DNA from: Candidatus Baldrarchaeum yapensis
GTDB taxonomy: Archaea > Asgardarchaeota > Baldrarchaeia > Baldrarchaeales > Baldrarchaeaceae
Direction of reading: 5' to 3'
Length of the DNA: 32,000 nucleotides
NCBI GenBank assembly: GCA_016840465.1
Contig: JAEOSH010000001.1
Span: forward strand, 30,001 to 62,000
The position numbers and the translations under genes are program-made. Positions 8,589-15,950 of this stretch are shown in pieces; position 1 is the stretch's first letter, and each line of letters opens with the position of its first letter. The notes beneath the pieces were generated by a model that saw only the letters and a list, made by a program, of their open reading frames with translations, did not search any database and was not told where the DNA came from.

Positions 8589-10182
8589 TCTTGTCACCGA
8601 ATACATCCACGTCTTGTACGTAACTCTTTCCAAGCTTTAAGCATATTTCTGCCTTCTCAAGTTCTCTGCCCAAGTAAAGAGCGTGAGAAACCGTACCAAC
8701 TAGCCCCTTACTTAATATTGCAGCAGATAATTTTACAGCACTATTGCCAGAAAAAATACAAGAAATTTCACCATTAGGTCGATAATGGGCAACGTATATT
8801 GAATTTTCGCGATGATTTACCCATATCCTAAAGTATCCGCACTTATCACGTTCAACTTTTCCAGGTAATTTTATTTCGTTCGTATTTATCACCTTCGCTT
8901 CGTGCTTCTTAAACACTTCCTCATATTTTGGATCCCTTTTACTCTTTGCCAGTAATAATGTTAGCCCCACATCCTTCGGCGGCATTTTATTCATCTTGGC
9001 TATGAATGCCATTTTAACAGCTTTCAATAACTCACGTACGGAGTATCTGCTCTTAACACTCTCTTCGGATGTCAATATAACCCCCGCTCCTAGTTCCACC
9101 GCAATTGACGCTAAAAGAGCGTTTACGCCAGTGGTATCCACATCCATAAGATCTGTAACGTTCCTTGCACCTAATAACAAGGGTGTGTCACCATCAAATT
9201 TTCTGAAGACTATTGCTCTATGCAGGGAATTTACTATCCCTGGAAAGACTGGTGGATATATTATGGGATCCGCGAGTATTTTTCGAAAGCCCTTCTTACG
9301 GGCGTCATTTATGAGATTTATTAGGGTCTTCACCACCTGTTCAGCATTCATCACGTATTCGACCTGCTTCTGACCTATCGATGGAACTATCACTATTCCC
9401 ACATCTTCTGGAAGAGAATTCAGAAGATGCGAATTCTCTAAGCCTATACTTAACACCATGTCGATACCGGCATCGACCGCCGCTTCTATGTCCTCGTCAA
9501 AAACACTATCAACACTTAGTACTAGGTTTCTTCCGATTTCGCTACGAAGTCCCTTTACTACCTCCATTATCTTCTCAGGATGTGGCGCGGAAGGACTTCC
9601 GCCTAAGTCGATAATGTGTGCACCGCTCTTAATATAGTATTTTACTAGCGAAAGTATTTCTCCCAACGGGCGTTCTACGACATTATCCACTTCTGCTAAA
9701 ATCTTCGGCATGCAATCAGTTCCTACTTTCAAACGTCTTCCCGATCTACCAATCATGAAGTTCCTAAGATTATCTATTTCGACCTCTCGTTCCTTGTTAT
9801 CGATTTCCCCCAGATATTTCTTCAGAATAGAAGTTTTTAGTAGTAGATCGGCTGGTTCTATAGGTGATAGGTTTATTTTTCCCCTTAGAAGGTATGAAAC
9901 CACAAATGGTATGTCGGAGGCGTACCTCGGACCCTTGACTATAGTTACTCCTAACTCCTTTCCAATTTCGGATAAATCTCCGCGTACCATCCCGGATACC
10001 ATAATTAGGTCGTATTCTTTCAAATCTCCCCGTCGTTTGAGATGTTTCTTCAGGAAGTGTGGTGTCATGAGTGCGGCGACATCTATGGGCAATACTTCGA
10101 CATCCGCACTAACCGGAAGTTTTTTAGAAATTTCTTCTAGAAGCTTAGCCGCCAATCTACCCGTTACCAGAAGAATTTTCAT
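8578..10182 (-). CDS. Dihydropteroate synthase-like pterin-binding protein (MJ0107/Orf20 type; N-terminal extra domain, TIM barrel, C-terminal DUF4346-like domain)
   Basis: MKILLVTGRLA N-terminus, GAHIIDLG, LSVDS, LADP, RNVTDLMDVDTTGVNALL, and C-terminal GYFRI...HALYLGRELEKAE...YVQD. Confidence 0.88.
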   Translation of the reverse strand: MKILLVTGRLAAKLLEEISKKLPVSADVEVLPIDVAALMTPHFLKKHLKRRGDLKEYDLIMVSGMVRGDLSEIGKELGVTIVKGPRYASDIPFVVSYLLRGKINLSPIEPADLLLKTSILKKYLGEIDNKEREVEIDNLRNFMIGRSGRRLKVGTDCMPKILAEVDNVVERPLGEILSLVKYYIKSGAHIIDLGGSPSAPHPEKIMEVVKGLRSEIGRNLVLSVDSVFDEDIEAAVDAGIDMVLSIGLENSHLLNSLPEDVGIVIVPSIGQKQVEYVMNAEQVVKTLINLINDARKKGFRKILADPIIYPPVFPGIVNSLHRAIVFRKFDGDTPLLLGARNVTDLMDVDTTGVNALLASIAVELGAGVILTSEESVKSRYSVRELLKAVKMAFIAKMNKMPPKDVGLTLLLAKSKRDPKYEEVFKKHEAKVINTNEIKLPGKVERDKCGYFRIWVNHRENSIYVAHYRPNGEISCIFSGNSAVKLSAAILSKGLVGTVSHALYLGRELEKAEICLKLGKSYVQDVDVFGDKNDE

Positions 10183-10192
10183 TTATTATCCC

Positions 10193-10915
10193 CTATAAAC
10201 TCTTTAAGATCTCCAATATTCTACTCGGAGATTCCAAAACCGTTATTCCCTCCATTCTGGATAACTTCCTCAGGTTTCTGATTTCCACATCTCTAACCTT
10301 TGTCTTCACTTTCATGCCAAATGATAGAGCCCCGTATTTACAGAGATTAACACAAATTTTACAACCTATGCAACGTTGTAAGTCCACGGTGATCTTTCCC
10401 TCCACTACTTTTAACGCAACGGTAGGACAATTCTTAAGTGGAGGGCAATCTTCACATCCCCTGCAAATGTCCCTATTGGCGATAAGGGGTAATGTTGCAT
10501 CTACGTATCTGCCTCCTATGTCGGTGGGCAAAATGTACACGGGAGTGTCTGCTTTTATTGCCTGAGAAACAGCTGCCGTGATCAACGTATCCGAGATTCC
10601 GTGAACTATTTTTGCAATAGTATTGGAGGTGGCAGGAGCAACTATAAGTGCATTATACATTCTTAAAGAAAATCGTCCTATCTTAGGGAAACTACTCCCC
10701 TGCTCGCTTTCCCTTATTATTTCCGAATAGTAAGACCCATCCGATACCTCACTGAGGCGGTTCCATATTCCGTACATTCGCGCTACTTCCTCTCCCGCCT
10801 TTGATATGAAAATTGTCACCTTTATTGGCAAATTTTTTACTGCCCATCTGAAAACCTCAAAAGTTTCCAGTAGGAACTGCCCGCCACCAGTTATGCCCCA
10901 CGCAACTCTCTTCAC
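10193..10915 (-). CDS. dmrX: Iron-sulfur archaeoflavoprotein, dihydromethanopterin reductase DmrX type
   Basis: RVAWGITGGG and APATSNTIAKIVHGISDTL (HFCD flavoprotein fold) plus CRGCEDCPPLKNCP and CIGCKICVNLC ferredoxin motifs; located in a pterin operon. Confidence 0.85.
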   Translation of the reverse strand: MKRVAWGITGGGQFLLETFEVFRWAVKNLPIKVTIFISKAGEEVARMYGIWNRLSEVSDGSYYSEIIRESEQGSSFPKIGRFSLRMYNALIVAPATSNTIAKIVHGISDTLITAAVSQAIKADTPVYILPTDIGGRYVDATLPLIANRDICRGCEDCPPLKNCPTVALKVVEGKITVDLQRCIGCKICVNLCKYGALSFGMKVKTKVRDVEIRNLRKLSRMEGITVLESPSRILEILKSL

Positions 10916-12003
10916 ATTCTAGCACCACTTGTAAATTTGCTTCTTAAACTCTCTATTTCGTCGAAAAATATATGATCGAGAACTGTGCCCGCCGCTTCCT
11001 TAATTTTCATCACATCAACCAGCTTCTTGTAAATGCCCCCACTGAGACCATCAGCAATTATGGCTGCACCCTGCGCGGCCTCTTTAGCGACACGTGCAAA
11101 CCCCTTAATTGTCCGTACGGGGGCTATCTTTACTAAGTATTCTCGTAATATTCCTAGAAAGGTGTTTATTCTTGCTAACCTGCCGGACACCAGTATTTCG
11201 CGCGGATCTTGTAGTACCGCCAGTAATGAAAAAACGTCCTTTATTAGCCCTTCAGTTAATGCCTTTATTGCAATTCTGACGCGTTCATCATACTCGGCAA
11301 GTTTAAATAATTCTTCCGGCGTTGCGTTTTCGCATCCTGCTATATACACTGCACCTCCCTTGTAGATTGTTGTTTTTAACAAACTTCCCATGAGGTAAGC
11401 GAGTTCCGCGTCAAGCGCTCCACACGCCCTTAACCCTATATGTCCTTCTGCACCTCCGATGCCGTCTATTATTCTCCCATCGTCTATTGCCAGCACTGCA
11501 TTGAAGCCAGTGCCACTTTCAATAAGTATGAATCTCGTCTCCTCTATCGGTATTTGTAAGTTCTCCGATTGATCCACTATCGCCAAAGCAGCCACGCAAA
11601 CCTTATCAGCGGTGCCCATATCGATTTTATTCACTTTCCTATGGATAGGTACTGTAGGAAGATGTTTTACTCCCGGAATCACGTAAGCGGGTATTTCCTC
11701 TTCTATAAGCAGTTTTATTACAGAAGTAAGCCCGACAATTTCCTCTTTGCCTTCTCTTTTCAATGTCATTAAGAATATGTCAGCATCACTTATTTCAGAC
11801 ACTTTTTTAAGAGGGAGACCAAAGCCGCTGGGAGCAACTACCATATCAACTTCCTTAAGAGATTTCAGAATGTCGACTATTATCCTAGGATTCTTCAGGA
11901 CACGGCGTGTCGGAATAGACACATCTAATATCAAGGCACCATCTTCCAGCCCAACTAAATCCCAAGATCCCGTTCCAGGATCTATTCCCACAACTCTAGT
12001 CAT
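10912..12003 (-). CDS. DUF1464 family ASKHA-fold (butyrate/sugar kinase-like) protein
   Basis: VVGIDPGT phosphate-1 motif, APSGFG, KIDMGTADK, ESGTG, IIDGIGG, ILVSGR, AAQGAA. Start at ATG 12003 preferred (track start 12018). Confidence 0.85.
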   Translation of the reverse strand: MTRVVGIDPGTGSWDLVGLEDGALILDVSIPTRRVLKNPRIIVDILKSLKEVDMVVAPSGFGLPLKKVSEISDADIFLMTLKREGKEEIVGLTSVIKLLIEEEIPAYVIPGVKHLPTVPIHRKVNKIDMGTADKVCVAALAIVDQSENLQIPIEETRFILIESGTGFNAVLAIDDGRIIDGIGGAEGHIGLRACGALDAELAYLMGSLLKTTIYKGGAVYIAGCENATPEELFKLAEYDERVRIAIKALTEGLIKDVFSLLAVLQDPREILVSGRLARINTFLGILREYLVKIAPVRTIKGFARVAKEAAQGAAIIADGLSGGIYKKLVDVMKIKEAAGTVLDHIFFDEIESLRSKFTSGARM

Positions 12004-12021
12004 TATTTCCACTTCCAAGAA

Positions 12022-12999
12022 TTATAAGACTCGGATTTCCGCGCCGGTATTATTTGCTCTTGCAACAAAGACTTGGCCACCGATCTTGCTTAAAAATTCC
12101 TTCGTCTTTCTCATAAGTTCTATTGCTTCGTCGTATCCTTCAATAACACCATAGACAGCAGGCCCGAACGAACTCATCCCGGCCCCGTAAGCTCCCTTCT
12201 TTCTCATGAAGTCCATGAGTTCCCTAATCAGTGGCGATTGCAGATTCACCTCTACCTTCTTGAAGCCCACGTTCTGTATCATAGAGAGCCCTTCACCGAA
12301 AGAAGCTATGTCCTTTTCTACGATTGCTGGAAGAATTTTCATCAGTATTATATGAGATAAGATTCTAACTTCATCGACAGATATCGGACAGTACTTTTGG
12401 AATATCTCTATCTCCCTCACCCCATGGGCTCCCCTCTCCACATTCGGAATTGCAACGACGAACATCCAATCCGCAGGAAGTGCATAACGAACCAGAAGGG
12501 GTGCAGGTGGCGCTCTTGACGCGGAAGATGGAAGATATGTCTCTTTTTGTTTACCTTTACCAAATGTGTGGCCCCCATCGAGTATGAAGCCACCGCCCTC
12601 AAATGCAGCAACACCTATCCCTGAAGTGCCGCCTCGCCCAGCTATTCTTGCCAGTTCTCTGACAGAAGCTTCGATACCGAATAATGTTGTTATACCTTTT
12701 GCCACTGCGAGCAACAACTGGGTCGTAGAACCTAATCCAACATGCTTGGGTATTTGACTTTTTATTTCGATATGCACACCGGATTCTATTTTGTAACGTT
12801 GAAGTATCTTTTCGGCAATGGAAATCACTCGGTCGTCCTTAACGTTGACAGTTATGCCCTCATCCCGCTCACTTACCTCTAGTATAACATTCGGATACTC
12901 CAGTGCTACTCCTATTCCTCCATCGATCCTGCCAAGTGCGCCATTTAAATCTATGAGTGTAAAATGGAGACGACAGGGGGTTTTAACGTATACCTTCAT
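12022..12999 (-). CDS. mptG: Beta-ribofuranosylaminobenzene 5'-phosphate (RFA-P) synthase, GHMP-kinase fold
   Basis: TPCRLHFTLIDL, RIDGGIG, PKHVGLGSTTQ, GRGGTSGIG, GGFILDGGH, GMSSFGP. Confidence 0.93.
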   Translation of the reverse strand: MKVYVKTPCRLHFTLIDLNGALGRIDGGIGVALEYPNVILEVSERDEGITVNVKDDRVISIAEKILQRYKIESGVHIEIKSQIPKHVGLGSTTQLLLAVAKGITTLFGIEASVRELARIAGRGGTSGIGVAAFEGGGFILDGGHTFGKGKQKETYLPSSASRAPPAPLLVRYALPADWMFVVAIPNVERGAHGVREIEIFQKYCPISVDEVRILSHIILMKILPAIVEKDIASFGEGLSMIQNVGFKKVEVNLQSPLIRELMDFMRKKGAYGAGMSSFGPAVYGVIEGYDEAIELMRKTKEFLSKIGGQVFVARANNTGAEIRVL

Positions 13000-13059
13000 A
13001 TTGACCCAGCACGTCTCCGTTCCTTATTGTTTTTTAGACTAAATGATCACTCCTAAAAC

Positions 13060-13728
13060 CTAAATTGCCCTTTTAAACCTCTCGTGAATATCCTCAATCA
13101 GAGATCTCGTTAGACGTAGGTACTCGGAATCCGGAGCAGTCCTCTTTATGATATCGTAGCATATATGTAACATCTGCAAAAGTAGCAGAGAGTCTCGGAG
13201 TCTTTTTTCTTCGATCGCTGCCAAAAGCCTACTAGCGGCGACTAGCGCTTCTACGAAGCACCCTTCAGCGCGGCAGTAAGGCCTTATAATCGCACCTTCC
13301 CTTGATACCCCCTCTATGTGCACAACTTCGCATATTATTGTCGCTCTGCCACCTGAAATTCCACACATGTTGCACATTCTGACCTCTATCCAAAACTTAC
13401 TATCTTTTAATACTGGCGCATTGACAACTTTAGCATGTTTGAAACAGTTTGGTGGTAGTTCGGGTTCTGAGGGTCCTTTTCCCCAGCCCTTGAAAACTGC
13501 ATTGTAGAGGATGTTTGGCTCGTATATGAACTCGATGACAGCACAACGGTGATGAAGAATGTTTTTATAGGTATCTGATGTTACATACGGGCGTATCACG
13601 ATGTGTTCCATATCTGGGGTGCTTATTCCCATCATTGCGATGTTTGGCGTCGTGCCATCGATGTGATAGGTCGCTACTAAAGCTTCGTAGATCCAATTTT
13701 TTCTTAACCCTATGGCTGTAAGTTTCAT
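13060..13728 (-). CDS. DUF447 family FMN-binding split-barrel protein
   Basis: YEALVAT...PNIAMMGI, RPYVTSDTYKNI, CRAEGCFVEALVAASR; first gene of the pterin operon. Confidence 0.75.
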   Translation of the reverse strand: MKLTAIGLRKNWIYEALVATYHIDGTTPNIAMMGISTPDMEHIVIRPYVTSDTYKNILHHRCAVIEFIYEPNILYNAVFKGWGKGPSEPELPPNCFKHAKVVNAPVLKDSKFWIEVRMCNMCGISGGRATIICEVVHIEGVSREGAIIRPYCRAEGCFVEALVAASRLLAAIEEKRLRDSLLLLQMLHICYDIIKRTAPDSEYLRLTRSLIEDIHERFKRAI

Positions 13729-13821
13729 ATTGACACCACAAGTCTGAGTTTCCCGCCAGCATTACTTATATTTCCAAGCGCCGAATGAAGCTTGTGCTAA
13801 ATATTAAAATGGTGTCTGCTG

Positions 13822-15183
13822 ATGGCGGATCTTGAGGGAATTTGCAGAAAGATGATCTCCGAGGATAGACGCATTGAAGAGATCTTACAAAAGCTTGTCG
13901 ATGAAATACTCTTTTACAAGAAGATCGACAGAGACCTCGCTGAGCGGCTAGCGGCCGCCGTAGTAAAAGAAGTCAAGATGAGTCTTAAAATACCAGATGA
14001 CGATAAAATCAGGAGAATAATTTATTATCCAGTTGCGGGAGTAACCGCCGGGCAACAGGGACTCGGGAGTAGAGGAGAGGGAGATTTCTTTGCTCATAGG
14101 AAAATCGCGGAGATAATCTCTTCAAGTGGGTTGCGTGCATTTCTTGATGTAAGAGCACACGACGATGCCGGTGCCGTTAATGTTGATGGTGCTGGACTTA
14201 TAGTTGCATCAGTTGATGGAATACATTCCAGATTATCAGAGTATCCCTTCTTGGCTGGCTTTCACGCAACGAGAGCCGCACTTAGGGATGTATATGTGAA
14301 GGGGGCGCGCCCTGTCGGCATATTGATAGATATACACTTAGCGGATGATGCCGATATCGGGAAACTTTTCGACTTTATTGCCGGTTGTACAACTGTTTCT
14401 AAGCTTGCAGGTATCCCGATAATCGGCGGAAGTACACTAAGAATAGGAGGAGATATGGTAATAGGTACTAGAATTTCGGGATGTGTTGTAGCCATAGGGG
14501 TTTCCGTGGTTCCAGGCTACCTCTTAAAACGCCAGAACATCAGGCCCGGGGATTTGATTATTTGCACAGAGGGTAGTGGTGGGGGTACCATAACAACAAC
14601 GGCCATATTTTCTGGGAACTTTGATGTAATTTTAGAAACCTTGAACCTGCAGTTTATAAAGGCATGTGAGGCGATTTTCCGACCAAACATTATTACAAAA
14701 ATACACGCTGCGAGTGACTGGACAAATGGTGGGCTCAGAGGCGATCTAAACGAAATTTGTAAAACAGTCGGCGTTGGAGTAGTTGTTGAGGAGGAAAAAG
14801 TCAGAAAACTAATGAACCCGAAGGTTCTGGAGATGCTTGACTCTTTAAATATCGACTATTTAGGCGTGAGCATGGATGCCCTTCTCCTTTTTGCACCACC
14901 CGAGAATGTGGACGAAATTATAAACGTTATTAGAAGCACAGGCGTTAAGGTGGATGTAATAGGCGAAGTTACCGAAAATGCTGGGGAAAGTATATTGATA
15001 AAGAATGGGAAGAAGATTCCGTTAATGCCAAAATATAGAGAGTCTGCTTATACCGAAATAAAGAAAGTGGTTGGAGAACTTGCACCACCAAATAAGGAAG
15101 AGATCTTCAAAAGAGCTGCAAGGGCCGCACAAGAGGCAATAGAAAAGGTAAAATTTGTAGAAAAACTGATAATGGAAAGATAA
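13822..15183 (+). CDS. Archaeal AIR synthase-related (PurM/HypE/ThiL superfamily) protein
   Basis: GLGSRGEGDF, DDAG, VDGIHSRL, RAALRDV, GGSTLRIGGD, SDWTNGGLRGD motifs; N-terminal helical extension. Confidence 0.85.
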   Translation: MADLEGICRKMISEDRRIEEILQKLVDEILFYKKIDRDLAERLAAAVVKEVKMSLKIPDDDKIRRIIYYPVAGVTAGQQGLGSRGEGDFFAHRKIAEIISSSGLRAFLDVRAHDDAGAVNVDGAGLIVASVDGIHSRLSEYPFLAGFHATRAALRDVYVKGARPVGILIDIHLADDADIGKLFDFIAGCTTVSKLAGIPIIGGSTLRIGGDMVIGTRISGCVVAIGVSVVPGYLLKRQNIRPGDLIICTEGSGGGTITTTAIFSGNFDVILETLNLQFIKACEAIFRPNIITKIHAASDWTNGGLRGDLNEICKTVGVGVVVEEEKVRKLMNPKVLEMLDSLNIDYLGVSMDALLLFAPPENVDEIINVIRSTGVKVDVIGEVTENAGESILIKNGKKIPLMPKYRESAYTEIKKVVGELAPPNKEEIFKRAARAAQEAIEKVKFVEKLIMER

Positions 15184-15186
15184 CCG

Positions 15187-15876
15187 TCAGCCGCGCTTTA
15201 AGGCTCTCATTACGGCGTTCATGTGAACCTCGCCTGCCAGATAAATGCCTCCACTCCCCTCAAATATATCCCAGCCCCTTGATGCCCTACATCTGAACTG
15301 TGCAAGTAAGCCAGCCCTCTGTGCCGCTTGTTCGACAGGTAGTCCGATAAGCCTTTGTGCTACGAACCATGTTGTTCCACAGGGAGATCCTCTTAAGACC
15401 TCCACCTTAACTATTATTCCGTTTCTTTCCTCCAGAACAAATTTTGGTGCACCAAATTCTTCGGCAAATCTATCAACTACCTCGCTTCCGGTCGGAGGTT
15501 CAAGAGAACACATTACCCGCGGGGCGATTACCTTTAAAGACGTACCTGCTAAATTTAGGAGTTGCCTTCTTGATCCTAACTTCTTCCACGTGAGATCTTC
15601 GCCCGGTATTAGCATAGCTTTTATACCCATATCCACCGCAAGCCTTGCAAGATGAAGCGTCAGGTCAGGATGAAGAGTGTAAGCGATCAGGATATCCGCC
15701 GGTTGTAAATCGTTAGAATTTATGTACTTCTCTGGTGAGTCTATAAATGGAGGGAGATCCTTCGGTATTGTCATCACTCCAACTATTTTGACGTTTTTTC
15801 CTCTCCCCTTTATTGTTGCCTCAACCCTTTCTCCTATTTCGCCGCGTTTTATTAAAAACACCCGCACAGAACGCAT
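15187..15876 (-). CDS. DUF166 family protein
   Basis: GERV, LPPFIDSPEKY, LHPDL, CSLE, FGAPKF, VLRGSPCGTTWFVA, CRASRGWD. Confidence 0.8.
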   Translation of the reverse strand: MRSVRVFLIKRGEIGERVEATIKGRGKNVKIVGVMTIPKDLPPFIDSPEKYINSNDLQPADILIAYTLHPDLTLHLARLAVDMGIKAMLIPGEDLTWKKLGSRRQLLNLAGTSLKVIAPRVMCSLEPPTGSEVVDRFAEEFGAPKFVLEERNGIIVKVEVLRGSPCGTTWFVAQRLIGLPVEQAAQRAGLLAQFRCRASRGWDIFEGSGGIYLAGEVHMNAVMRALKRG

Positions 15877-15944
15877 GTTTATTCATCCATCAGAAATCAA
15901 AAATAGAAGTTCAGATGTCAGAATTGTCAAAAATACTATGTAAG

Positions 15945-15950
15945 AAAAAA
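15945..15950 (-). terminator. Candidate oligo-T terminator after cdhE
   Basis: T6 tract on the minus strand directly after the cdhE stop codon. Confidence 0.4.
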
